41,431 nucleotides of DNA from NCBI GenBank assembly GCA_003229115.1, contig QIHT01000215.1, forward strand, positions 1-41,431, given 5' to 3'. Of the stretch, positions 11,118 to 21,423 are shown in pieces. Position numbers and translations under genes: made by a program. How positions within the stretch are numbered: position 1 is the first letter of the stretch; each line of letters opens with the position of its first letter. The notes beneath the pieces are model-generated. The model made no database searches and was not told where the DNA came from. It was given only the letters and a program-made list of their open reading frames with translations. This stretch comes from Gammaproteobacteria bacterium (GTDB lineage: Bacteria; Pseudomonadota; Gammaproteobacteria; SZUA-229).

Positions 11118-11193
11118 GCCGCGAAAGACGCAAAGAACGCAAATGGTTAAAAACATCAACAGCTTTTTTTGCGCCTTTTGCGTTATTCGCGGC
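11118..11193. repeat. REP-like imperfect palindrome (family 1: GCCGCGAA-N3-CGCAAA-N3-CGCAAA) in the atpA-atpG spacer
   Basis: Left arm GCCGCGAAAGACGCAAAGAACGCAAA (11118-11143). Right arm TTTGCGCCTTTTGCGTTATTCGCGGC (11168-11193), whose reverse complement shares the GCCGCGAA / CGCAAA / CGCAAA blocks. Confidence 0.8.
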
Positions 11194-11235
11194 AAAAAGT
11201 TTTTGAATTAATGTGAGAATGATTAGAGATTAATT

Positions 11236-12099
11236 ATGGCAGGTGCTAAAGAAATACGCAGCAAGATCAGCAGTGTTAAAAACACGCAGAAGATCACCAA
11301 GGCTATGGAAATGGTTGCTGCAAGCAAAATGCGCAAGGCACAGGAGCGCATGAAAGCGGCGCGTCCTTATGCAGAAAAGATTCGCAATGTGTTAGCACAT
11401 TTGGCGCAGGCGCACAGTGAGTACAAACACTCTTACTTAAGTGAGCGCGAAGAAGTTAAGCGCGTTGGCTATATCGTGGTTTCATCGGATCGTGGTCTTT
11501 GTGGCGGCTTGAACACAAACATGTTTAAAGCTGCAGTGTTACAAATGGCCGAGTGGGATGAAAAAGGTGTTGAAGTTGATGTTTGTGCGATTGGTAAAAA
11601 ATCGATTAGTTTCTTCAGTCGTTTCAAAGCCAAAGTAATTTCAGAAGCTAGTCAATTAGGCGATACACCCAGCCTCGAAGAATTAATTGGCGCGGTTAAA
11701 GTTATGCTGGATGCTTATGACGAAGGCAAGATTGATCGTCTGTATCTGGTTTATAACGAATTTGTAAACACCATGACACAAACGCCGCGCGTTCATCAAT
11801 TAATACCTGCTAGCGGTATTGTTGATAAAGAATTAACCCATCACTGGGATTACATTTATGAGCCCGATTCCAAACCAGTTATTGATGGCTTGATGTTACG
11901 GTTTATTGAGTCACAGGTTTACAGTGGCGTGATTGAAAACATAGCCAGTGAAATGTCAGCACGCATGTTAGCAATGAAGAGCGCAACAGATAATGCGGGC
12001 GACATTATTAAAGAACTACAAACTATATACAACAAGGCACGGCAGGCATCTATTACTCAGGAAATTTCCGAAATCGTTAGTGGCGCCGCCGCGGTTTAA
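11236..12099 (+). CDS. atpG: F1Fo ATP synthase subunit gamma
   Basis: 287 aa. N-terminal [36 protein letters not shown] and C-terminal [20 protein letters not shown] are canonical for gamma. Confidence 0.98.
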   Translation: MAGAKEIRSKISSVKNTQKITKAMEMVAASKMRKAQERMKAARPYAEKIRNVLAHLAQAHSEYKHSYLSEREEVKRVGYIVVSSDRGLCGGLNTNMFKAAVLQMAEWDEKGVEVDVCAIGKKSISFFSRFKAKVISEASQLGDTPSLEELIGAVKVMLDAYDEGKIDRLYLVYNEFVNTMTQTPRVHQLIPASGIVDKELTHHWDYIYEPDSKPVIDGLMLRFIESQVYSGVIENIASEMSARMLAMKSATDNAGDIIKELQTIYNKARQASITQEISEIVSGAAAV

Positions 12100-12107
12100 A
12101 AATTTTA

Positions 12108-12188
12108 GCCGCAAAGAATGCAAAAAGGCTGGATATCAGGATAATTTTATAGCAGTTATTTTTTTGCGCATTTGGCGTAATTTGCGGC
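12108..12188. repeat. REP-like imperfect palindrome (family 1, degenerate) in the atpG-atpD spacer
   Basis: GCCGCAAAGAATGCAAAAAGG (from 12108) faces GCGCATTTGGCGTAATTTGCGGC (ending at 12188). Block structure matches the 11118-11193 element. Confidence 0.7.
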
Positions 12189-12241
12189 AAAAGGTTTTGT
12201 GTTATTAGTAACGTGCAGAATTACGTTACATGACAACTTAA

Positions 12242-13651
<1,410 letters not shown>

Positions 13652-13674
13652 TCACATAAAGCGGACATTTTATT

Positions 13675-14094
13675 ATGGCAATGACAATGCATGTGGACAT
13701 CGTAAGTGCTGAGGTAGAAATCTACTCAGGCACGGTGACGGAAGTCTACGTACCCGCAGAAATGGGCGAAGTGGGCATCATGGCGCACCACGCGCCCTTG
13801 ATTACAAAGATGAAACCCGGTGAAGTACGCGTAGTGACAGATGGTGGTTCGACGGAGTCATTTTTTGTCAGTGGCGGTATTCTTGAAGTGCAGCCTCACG
13901 TTGTTACTATTTTATCTGATACCGCGTTGCGCGCTGCCGATCTCGACGAAGCCGCTGCGCTTGAAGCCAAAGCCCGGGCTGAGGCAGCTATGTCAGATAA
14001 AAAGACCGATTATGATTATGCGCATGCCAAGGCAGAACTGATTGAGGCGGTGGCTCAGCTCGAGACCATCAACAAGTTACGGAAGAGAAAATAA
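13675..14094 (+). CDS. atpC: F1Fo ATP synthase subunit epsilon
   Basis: 139 aa. A beta-sandwich N-terminal region ([13 protein letters not shown] ... GGILEVQP) followed by a helical Ala-rich C-terminus. Last gene of the operon. Confidence 0.95.
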   Translation: MAMTMHVDIVSAEVEIYSGTVTEVYVPAEMGEVGIMAHHAPLITKMKPGEVRVVTDGGSTESFFVSGGILEVQPHVVTILSDTALRAADLDEAAALEAKARAEAAMSDKKTDYDYAHAKAELIEAVAQLETINKLRKRK

Positions 14095-14134
14095 GTTACA
14101 GTGAGTAACATTTTAGCGAATAAGCTAAACTAGT

Positions 14135-14160
14135 AAGGTCGGTTATGCCGGCCTTTTTTA
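14135..14160 (+). terminator. intrinsic terminator of the atp operon
   Basis: Stem AAGGTCGG (14135-14142) pairs with CCGGCCTT (14148-14155), including one G-U pair, around a 5-nt loop. It runs into a T tract (TTTTTT, 14154-14159), 41 nt after the atpC stop. Confidence 0.7.
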
Positions 14161-14176
14161 TGTGAAAGCGTTTTTA

Positions 14177-14195
14177 GCCGCGAATGACGCAAAAG
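14177..14195. repeat. solitary half-copy of REP family 1
   Basis: GCCGCGAATGACGCAAAAG has the same GCCGCGAA-N3-CGCAAA blocks as the other family 1 copies. I saw no opposing arm nearby. Confidence 0.55.
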
Positions 14196-14230
14196 AAAAT
14201 TAGGGCAAAACTATTTAAGGTATAACAAGT

Positions 14231-15586
14231 GTGAATATATCCGTCATCATATTAGCTGCTGGTCAGGGAACACGCATGAAGTCTTCCCTTCCCAAAGTCA
14301 TGCACCAACTAGCAGGCCTGCCCATGCTGGAGCGGGTGTATCTTCGCAGTCAGGAAGTTGGTGCAACGGACATACACATTGTTTATGGTCATGGCGGAGA
14401 GCACCTGCGTGAATATTGCGCGGCATTCGATGTTAACTGGGCACATCAGCAGGAGCAGTTAGGCACGGCGCACGCTGTGCAGCAAGCCAGTCCGGATATT
14501 AATGATAATAATATCGCGCTTGTACTTTACGGAGATGTGCCGCTCATCAAATCCGAGACACTCAGAACCCTGGTGGCCAGTGTAAAGGATAATAATATTG
14601 CATTGCTTACGGTTAATCTCGAAGACCCGACAGGATACGGCCGTATCGTAAGAGACAACGAAAAAGTCGTTGCTATCGTTGAGCACAAAGATGCCAGCGA
14701 ACAACAAAAAGAAATCGATGAAGTAAATACGGGCATACTTGCGGTGCGAGCCGGATATTTGAATGAATGTCTGGCAAAGATTGATAACAATAATTCGCAG
14801 GGTGAATATTATTTAACCGATGTTATCGCGATGGCCGTTGCCGATGGCAATCGGGTGAAAACAACACAACCACAAAACACTTACGAGGTGGAAGGTGTGA
14901 ATGATATAAATCAATTAGCAACACTCGAACGAATACATCAACTGGAGACGGCGAGAGCTATTATGGCTGACGGAGTCGGTATTGCTGATCCAGCGCGAAT
15001 CGACGTTCGAGGTGAGTTAAACATTGGCAGTGATTCATTTATCGATATTAACTGTATTTTTGAAGGTGTTGTTAATATTGGAAAAGGCGTAAAAATAGGC
15101 GCGGGATGTATTATAAAAAATAGCAGCATTGCCAATGACTGTATTATTAAGCCTTATTCAGTGATAGAGGATGCCATCATCGATAACAAGGTTGAAGTCG
15201 GCCCGTTTGCACGACTTCGTCCCGGAACACACTTAAAGGAAGAAAGTCGAGTGGGTAATTTTGTAGAGATTAAAAAAAGCGAACTGGGTAAAGGTAGCAA
15301 AGCGAGTCACCTGACTTATCTTGGTGATGCAGAAGTTGGTAGTGGAGTAAACATTGGCGCGGGTACCATCACCTGCAACTACGATGGAGCTAACAAGCAT
15401 AAAACAATCATCAAGGACGGGGCTTTTATTGGTTCAACCTCACAACTGGTCGCTCCGGTTGTCATCGGCAAAAATGCAACCATTGGTGCGGGTTCAACCA
15501 TTACCCGGGATGCAGAAGATGATGCGCTAACCTTAACGCGCTCTGCTCAAAAAACGGTGAAAGGCTGGCAAAGGCCAAAGAAGTAA
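14231..15586 (+). CDS. glmU: bifunctional UDP-N-acetylglucosamine diphosphorylase / glucosamine-1-phosphate N-acetyltransferase GlmU
   Basis: 451 aa with a GTG start. N-terminal VIILAAGQGTRMKSSLPKVMH, LVLYGDVPL and YYLTD. The C-terminal half is hexapeptide-repeat left-handed beta-helix (IGKGVKIGAGCII ... NIGAGTITCNYDGANKHKT). Confidence 0.97.
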   Translation: MNISVIILAAGQGTRMKSSLPKVMHQLAGLPMLERVYLRSQEVGATDIHIVYGHGGEHLREYCAAFDVNWAHQQEQLGTAHAVQQASPDINDNNIALVLYGDVPLIKSETLRTLVASVKDNNIALLTVNLEDPTGYGRIVRDNEKVVAIVEHKDASEQQKEIDEVNTGILAVRAGYLNECLAKIDNNNSQGEYYLTDVIAMAVADGNRVKTTQPQNTYEVEGVNDINQLATLERIHQLETARAIMADGVGIADPARIDVRGELNIGSDSFIDINCIFEGVVNIGKGVKIGAGCIIKNSSIANDCIIKPYSVIEDAIIDNKVEVGPFARLRPGTHLKEESRVGNFVEIKKSELGKGSKASHLTYLGDAEVGSGVNIGAGTITCNYDGANKHKTIIKDGAFIGSTSQLVAPVVIGKNATIGAGSTITRDAEDDALTLTRSAQKTVKGWQRPKK

Positions 15587-15828
15587 TATGACTAAAGAGA
15601 GCCTCAAATGACCCCTCTCATGGTTTGAGAAACACCGGATTTAAGCAAAACCATCAAAATTTGTACAAAAAGTGACCTCATTTGTTGATTCGTTTATAAG
15701 TTATTGTTAATTAACGAATATTCAGAATGTTTTTATCGTAATAAGAGGCATTTTGATTGGATATATTCGCCGTAGAACACTAAAATGTGCCTCCTTATCA
15801 TGATACGACAATGAAACAGGAGTAGATT

Positions 15829-18800
15829 TTGGCGACTGTTATGAGAAACGAGCAAGGTGTCTATGTACGTCCCGAAAGAAGAGCGGTTGATGACCGTCAG
15901 GTTGTGCTTCAGCACATTTGCCTGCAGTTATCGGCGCTAGGCCACAAGTGTCAGCTGAGTTCAGATCAGGCCTATCTCTCTGTTGCAGACAGCCTGCTCA
16001 AAAATTATTCAGAGCATCGTCGTCTGCTCTCGGAATATCGCTGTCCAGCGGACCAGCGTATTCAGGACTTCCTGAACGACTACCTTAAACGTAACGATGT
16101 CGATCAAACCATCAATTTGCCGGGTGAAACCTTTGTTCTTAATGAAGCGGGTTTAGCCAGGGAATTGTCGCTGCCACTGGATAAAAGCGAATACCAGTCA
16201 GATCAACTGAAATCCTATCGTGTGCTTCAGGGTGTTCTGCACAATCCAAAACATGATCGCAGAACGACAGCAGGCGTATTTCACATCGTCGAAGGTGGGC
16301 TGCCCATACCGGCGGATAAAAAAGCCGTACCTGTCGATGTTTATGCCAATCTGTTGCAGGTAGCACTGGATCCACCCACCGAATTAATGAGCCTGCCCAT
16401 CGCTGAAGGCCTGGCGGATCCGGTTGACCTGTGGGTGTCATTATTGCTGAGACCTGTGGTGCGACCTGCAGTGGGGAATGTATTACCCGAGAAAAGTCTT
16501 GAGACCCGATTTTTTGCGCCCGGTGGTCTTACCGCAAACCTCGATTTTGTTGAATCTATTTTCGGTAATGGCGGCGATCCTTTCCTTATGGAGAATGATG
16601 CTGCGCTCGACATTGATCACTGGACGGGTCATACCGGTTGCGTGATTCTTGCGCCACACTTAATCAAGCTAAGTAAAAAGGCATTAGGCTTGCCGCATTA
16701 CGACAAAGCGACGGAGCGTCAGCGCAAAGATGGTATGTGCTGGAAAGACGGCGATGAACTTTATAACGAAGGCCAGGCCTTCAAAGTGGTTTGTCGTGAC
16801 ATGAACGGTGTCATTGTGACGGTCATTGCTGATAACTATTTTGGTTACAGTAAAAAAGAAATAAAATCACAGATTAGTTACTCGGCGAATCTGTTTGGTG
16901 GTGTTGAAGAAGAGCACGCAGGTGGCGCAGTAGCTTTCCCGCGGTTTAATTTAGGCGAAAGTTATTTGCCCAAGATTGAAAAAGACATGATCGAGCACAC
17001 CTTTAAAAGATTATGCCGACAACTCGATGGTGACATTGATGTTCAGGAAGAAGGCTATGCTATCGATAAAAACTATAGCAACATTTGTTACATTCCGGAA
17101 AACGCACAAATAGATATGCAGCAACAGAGCATTAGCTGGAAAGTCGGTAGCAAGTCCAGACAAATGAAACTGTTAGCCAAACACACTTATATTTATCCCA
17201 GTGGTTTCAGAGTGCATATGCAGAAACATCCGCAGGCACCTAGCTGGCGATTGATCGGTACTTTAGGCGAAGGAACTTTTTGCCATAAACCCAGCACAGT
17301 TTCTGGTGGCGGTAAATCAGAAATTTCAAAGTCTATTCAGGATTCGATGATTTCAGGCCCGATTTATGTGGGTAACTTCGAAAACGATTTCAATCAGGTT
17401 GAGGCTATATTCAATCGTGATTATTCAGATCGCCATAGTACACGGCAAGACAGAGACGCGCGTTCATTGCTGGATCCTGAACGAAGCCTGGGTTCGGTTA
17501 TCCGCCTGTTAACTCCGTCAACCACGGATTATGCAGAAGAATATAATCAATGGCTGGGTACAGTGTCACAAAAAATACTGGCCCTGGTGTTTTTGATTAA
17601 ACGTTTCTATAAACAGGAATGGGGTAATAACTGGCGTACGCATTTTTCTGTTGATGAAGTGAATGGTAAGCCGGGTCATGAACTGAAATATGACGGCCGG
17701 AAATTAATAACCAGTTACCTTCGTGTGGGCACACATAGTGATGGCACCTGGCGCATATATAAGTTACGACAGGATTTTGTCGCAGCGATTAAAGTACAAA
17801 CAGAAGACGATATTTCTGCTTCCACGGTAGTCCCCGTAGAATATGTTAAAGGTTTGATTAACACGAGATATAGCCACCCCAGCATAAAGCTGGTTTCAAA
17901 TTGCGAAAGAAGACTGTTTCAACGTCCAGATGATGCAGTAAATCGTGGGCTAGATAAACAAACCGAGGCCGATCTTGGTGGCAATGATAATTTCATCTCT
18001 AACTTTGAGCCGTTAACTGGCAAGGATGCGCGAGAGCTGGTCGAAGATTCAGTCGGTTTTCAGGACTATTCCGAGCCTATGCAGAAATTGATCAGGCAAG
18101 CGGCAGGCAACGGTCAGGATGATTATTTTGTTTCATCAGCACATCCCAGGCTGGTGGATGGAAAACCCAGCGCGAATGTTCGTTATTTACAACTACGTCC
18201 CGACCTGGCTGACCCACGTAACCTGTATCTGGGTGTTATGGGCACACGTTTATCTCGCGGTTTATCATCTAAAGACCCGCTTTATTTCCCGGTTAATGCG
18301 GTGTTACAGGGGCGTCGCAACAATCCTGCAGATAAAAAAGCCGGTATTCGCCCGCTGGCCGTGTACAACCCGATTCATTATCAGGAATTGCCCGAACTGT
18401 TTATGGATGTGATATGCAGTTTGACTGGTAAGTCACCTTCCACCACCGGCGCAGGTTCAGAGGGCGCGCTTACCAAAGGCCCGTTTAACGCATTATCTAC
18501 CACGGCGGATCTGAATAACGCACTGGTTTCTTTTATGTTGTGCGGATACGCTGGTTTTTCCAGCGCGGCCGGTTACATTGGTTCACGTCGAAGAGTAGAC
18601 CACGACATCAGCATGTTGATCCCGGAAATATGGTGTCGTTTGCCAGTCAGCCAGCGTGACCCCGAATACCTTATTAAAAATAAACATCTGGAAAAACTTG
18701 AAGATTTTGAGTATGAAGGTGCAACGATTCATGCCAGTCGACTGGGTTATCGCATTACAGAAAAATTTGTACACACTTTTTTCGGAAAAGTATTTGACAG

Positions 18801-19296
18801 TCCTACCGTGGTTTTCGACGAAGCCATGTTAAAACCTGAAACGCAGAATATGGAAGAGTATGTTGATGGTATCAACAATATTACCGAAGCCCAGCAAAAG
18901 GTAGCACAAGCTTATTTCGATGATGCTTCAGTTAATGATGCCTGTCCTCCACTTCAGGCCTTGTTACACATTATGGCAAAAGGTAATTATGAAGGTAAGA
19001 CGGTTGATGACCCCGCTATTCGTCAACTGTTTACGCGCGAATATTTAATGGAAAGCGAATGGTATAAAGAGCGCCTGGTTATCAAGCAACAACGTGATGC
19101 TGAACTCTGGGCCATGAATCGTGATTATGTCGAGCGCAAGATGGATGAGACATCAGAAGCCGACACGGAAAAGTGGGCGGACTTGCAGGAGCGAATAGAA
19201 AACGCCGAGCAAATGCTGGACTGGGTAACCAGTGACAGTTATTTTGAAAGATTAATAGGCACTATCGGAACTGACTGGATTCATAAAGAAGCATAA
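15829..19296 (+). CDS. large (1155 aa) conserved-looking soluble protein of uncertain function; tentatively PPi-type phosphoenolpyruvate carboxykinase-like (low-confidence name)
   Basis: A single uninterrupted ORF with a TTG start at 15829, 6 nt after AGGAG (15818-15822); the next ATG at 15841 is too far from the SD. No TM segments, signal peptide or canonical Walker A. A Gly-rich phosphate-loop-like SGGGKSEISKS and the block HNPKHDRRTTAGVFHIVEGGLPIPADKKAVP are notable. The size class (~130 kDa) matches PPi-PEPCKs, but I cannot verify homology from memory. Confidence that it is coding is about 0.9; the figure given is for the functional name. Confidence 0.35.
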   Translation: MATVMRNEQGVYVRPERRAVDDRQVVLQHICLQLSALGHKCQLSSDQAYLSVADSLLKNYSEHRRLLSEYRCPADQRIQDFLNDYLKRNDVDQTINLPGETFVLNEAGLARELSLPLDKSEYQSDQLKSYRVLQGVLHNPKHDRRTTAGVFHIVEGGLPIPADKKAVPVDVYANLLQVALDPPTELMSLPIAEGLADPVDLWVSLLLRPVVRPAVGNVLPEKSLETRFFAPGGLTANLDFVESIFGNGGDPFLMENDAALDIDHWTGHTGCVILAPHLIKLSKKALGLPHYDKATERQRKDGMCWKDGDELYNEGQAFKVVCRDMNGVIVTVIADNYFGYSKKEIKSQISYSANLFGGVEEEHAGGAVAFPRFNLGESYLPKIEKDMIEHTFKRLCRQLDGDIDVQEEGYAIDKNYSNICYIPENAQIDMQQQSISWKVGSKSRQMKLLAKHTYIYPSGFRVHMQKHPQAPSWRLIGTLGEGTFCHKPSTVSGGGKSEISKSIQDSMISGPIYVGNFENDFNQVEAIFNRDYSDRHSTRQDRDARSLLDPERSLGSVIRLLTPSTTDYAEEYNQWLGTVSQKILALVFLIKRFYKQEWGNNWRTHFSVDEVNGKPGHELKYDGRKLITSYLRVGTHSDGTWRIYKLRQDFVAAIKVQTEDDISASTVVPVEYVKGLINTRYSHPSIKLVSNCERRLFQRPDDAVNRGLDKQTEADLGGNDNFISNFEPLTGKDARELVEDSVGFQDYSEPMQKLIRQAAGNGQDDYFVSSAHPRLVDGKPSANVRYLQLRPDLADPRNLYLGVMGTRLSRGLSSKDPLYFPVNAVLQGRRNNPADKKAGIRPLAVYNPIHYQELPELFMDVICSLTGKSPSTTGAGSEGALTKGPFNALSTTADLNNALVSFMLCGYAGFSSAAGYIGSRRRVDHDISMLIPEIWCRLPVSQRDPEYLIKNKHLEKLEDFEYEGATIHASRLGYRITEKFVHTFFGKVFDSPTVVFDEAMLKPETQNMEEYVDGINNITEAQQKVAQAYFDDASVNDACPPLQALLHIMAKGNYEGKTVDDPAIRQLFTREYLMESEWYKERLVIKQQRDAELWAMNRDYVERKMDETSEADTEKWADLQERIENAEQMLDWVTSDSYFERLIGTIGTDWIHKEA

Positions 19297-19302
19297 GCTT
19301 TT

Positions 19303-19489
19303 TTTGCCGCGAAGGGCGCAAAAAGCGCAAAGGAAAACAAAATCTTTTTTGTAGGCTGGAATAAGCGATAGCGTTTCCGGCAATCTGATTATTGTATCAG
19401 TCTGTAACGTTTCTTATGCAATCCTGTAATTGTTATTAAAAAATAATGCGTAGTGTTTTTTTCGCGCTTTTTGCGCCCTTCGCGGCAAA
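19303..19489. mobile_element. MITE-like element bounded by perfect 25-26-bp terminal inverted repeats of REP family 1
   Basis: TTGCCGCGAAGGGCGCAAAAAGCGC (19304-19328) is the exact reverse complement of GCGCTTTTTGCGCCCTTCGCGGCAA (19464-19488), and one more flanking base also pairs. The 135-bp AT-rich interior contains another hairpin unit, GTAGGCTGGAATAAGCGATAGCGTTTCCGGC. There is no ORF and no obvious target-site duplication. Confidence 0.6.
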
Positions 19490-19520
19490 TAATTGTTTTT
19501 TTGTGTGACCTCTCTATAGT

Positions 19521-20000
19521 TTATCGCTGTGCCCACTCACGATCCGCTTTTTCGATAATACCCTGATCGATATTAGCGACAAAATCATTTTTTGCGCCTT
19601 CATCAAAAAACAAATATAACTTACCTTTCTCGATGTGCCAGACCTCGGGATTAATGTCAGCGGTGAATCCAGAGGCTACCGCAGTTGCACAGTAACCCCC
19701 GTATTGAGGTTGATACTTATCCGGAAAAGTTTTGAACATCAATTTGTTTTCTTCTGTCGAGAAGTACCAGATCGTGTCGTTGATTCGAAGGCCCCTGGTG
19801 CGATCCCCCTGAGCTATATTTTTGTCGTGAAAATAGGAAACGGCGTCATAACCTTTTAATGCAAGGCTTGAATTTTCATTGACAGGACCGAGCAGCTGCC
19901 ATGAAAGTGGTGAAACTTTCATGGCATAAAACAGCGCAAAAGGTGTGAGCAACACAAGCACACCAATAAACAGCAATATTATTTTTACAGGGGAGCTCAT
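19521..20000 (-). CDS. YHS-domain-type periplasmic protein
   Basis: The ORF is 19521-20087. An internal ATG at 20000 gives MSSPVKIILLFIGVLVLLTPFALFYA, a signal/anchor sequence. The body has GYDAVSYF ... WYFSTEENKLMFKTFPDKYQPQYGGYCA ... GKLYLF, typical of the YHS-domain (seleno)protein family. Confidence 0.75.
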   Translation of the reverse strand: MSSPVKIILLFIGVLVLLTPFALFYAMKVSPLSWQLLGPVNENSSLALKGYDAVSYFHDKNIAQGDRTRGLRINDTIWYFSTEENKLMFKTFPDKYQPQYGGYCATAVASGFTADINPEVWHIEKGKLYLFFDEGAKNDFVANIDQGIIEKADREWAQR

Positions 20001-20080
20001 GCAGTAAGGCCTGATGTAGTTGATGAAGGATCGAAATCTCATTATGCAATGCAATGGCATGTAGTTAAAGCGTTGAGTGA

Positions 20081-20109
20081 TTGACAAAAACAGGCCTCTA
20101 TATTAGAAT
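20081..20109 (+). promoter_or_regulatory. near-consensus sigma-70 promoter for the YceI-like gene
   Basis: TTGACA (20081-20086), a 17-nt spacer, then TAGAAT (20104-20109). The predicted start near 20116 lies downstream of the ORF-track ATG at 20110. Confidence 0.55.
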
Positions 20110-20145
20110 ATGCTAATATATAATTCTGATTACCGAGAGGTTTTT

Positions 20146-20808
20146 TTGGCAAATTTACGCAAGGTTTTTTATACCAGCGTGATGCTGGTATTAGTATTTA
20201 CTGCGCCTGTAGCCAAAGCTATGGAGGCAGAGCTGTGCTCGCGTTTTGAAAACCTGAAAATCGACCAATCACTGATTGCCAGCATGCTACAGGCTGCCGA
20301 GGACGGTTATTTATACCAGATAAAGCCCAATAGCTCGCAGATGGGTTTCCGTGTAAGCAGCCCCATTGGGCTGGTCACAGGTAACTTCCAGAAGTTTCAG
20401 GGTGGAATGGCGCTGCAAGGGTTGAACAACCAGACATTAGTATCAATCGACACGAATAGCCTGGTGATTAACGGCTTGCCACTTGAGAAATTGTTAAAGA
20501 GCGGCGAGTTTTTTGATGTTAAAAACTTTCCTGACATGTTGTTCATCAGTTCGAGTTTTGAGTGGTTGAGTAACACCAAAGGTGTACTCAAAGGTGAGTT
20601 GAGTATGCACGGCATAACAAAACCGGTAGCATTTTATGTTGAAATTAACGAGGTTGATGGTGAGCTGGGCGACTCGGATACGATTACCGTAGAAGCAATG
20701 ACTACAATACAGCGTTCAGAATTTGGTATGCATACGCTTTTATCAATGGTGAGTGACAAGATCCATTTGTTTATGAGTATAGAGGCCGAAAGGTACAGGC
20801 CTTTATAG
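20146..20808 (+). CDS. YceI-like periplasmic (polyisoprenoid-binding family) protein
   Basis: The ORF track starts at 20110. That ATG abuts the -10 box, so I use the in-frame TTG at 20146, which has GAGAGG 5 nt upstream and gives the signal peptide MANLRKVFYTSVMLVLVFTAPVAKA. The body has GFRVSSPIGLVTGNFQKFQG, FFDVKNFP and GELSMHGITKPVAF, the YceI lipocalin-like pattern. Confidence 0.75.
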   Translation: MANLRKVFYTSVMLVLVFTAPVAKAMEAELCSRFENLKIDQSLIASMLQAAEDGYLYQIKPNSSQMGFRVSSPIGLVTGNFQKFQGGMALQGLNNQTLVSIDTNSLVINGLPLEKLLKSGEFFDVKNFPDMLFISSSFEWLSNTKGVLKGELSMHGITKPVAFYVEINEVDGELGDSDTITVEAMTTIQRSEFGMHTLLSMVSDKIHLFMSIEAERYRPL

Positions 20809-20874
20809 ACGTTGTTGTGTTAGGTTGTTTGTCGGTAATAATGGTAAAGGGATAATGAAAGCTGGCAACAATAG

Positions 20875-21423
20875 TTATCTAACGAGCTGTTTGTTAATTT
20901 CCTCACGTTTTTCAGCGCCTTCAAGTAATTCAATTAAGGTCAGGGCAAAATCTATAGCTGTGCCAGGACCACGAGACGTGACCACCTTGCCATCGACTTC
21001 CACTGCTGAAGAGGTAATTTCAATAGTGTCATTACTAACAGCTTCAAGCACTCCCGGATAGCCGGTCGCTTTTTTATTATTAAGGATGCCGGCAGCAGCA
21101 AGTGCTTGTGGTGCAGCGCAAATGGCGCCGATAAATTTATCACGCTGGGCATGTTGTTTTAGTAATGCCTGCACTCGTTCATCATCACGCAGGTGATTAG
21201 CGCCCGGTAAACCCCCCGGCAGAACAACCAGGTCATAGGTTTCATTGAGTATGGCGTCTATGTTGGTATCAGGAATAATACGTGTGCCGCGCGACGCAGT
21301 AACGGGCTGGTCATCAAGTCCGACGGTGGTTACATCAATGCCGGCCCGTACCAACAGGTCGGTGATGGTGATAGCTTCGAGTTCTTCACATCCCTGCGCA
21401 AGCGGTACCAGTGCACGTGACAT
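20875..21423 (-). CDS. DJ-1/PfpI family protein (YajL/ThiJ-like)
   Basis: The ATG at 21423 is preceded by GGGAG at 8-nt spacing; the ORF-track start at 21438 lies inside that SD. Motifs: ALVPLAQGCEELEA, LVVLPGGLPGA and the nucleophile-elbow GAICAAP. Confidence 0.88.
   Translation of the reverse strand: MSRALVPLAQGCEELEAITITDLLVRAGIDVTTVGLDDQPVTASRGTRIIPDTNIDAILNETYDLVVLPGGLPGANHLRDDERVQALLKQHAQRDKFIGAICAAPQALAAAGILNNKKATGYPGVLEAVSNDTIEITSSAVEVDGKVVTSRGPGTAIDFALTLIELLEGAEKREEINKQLVR

Noticed and set aside
21386-21423. 38-nt overlap between the 3' end of the YibQ-like gene and the 5' end of the DJ-1 family gene.
   Set aside because: The DJ-1 start at 21423 has a good SD, and both reading frames are well supported. 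Overlaps of this size occur in compact operons, so nothing further suggests a special mechanism.
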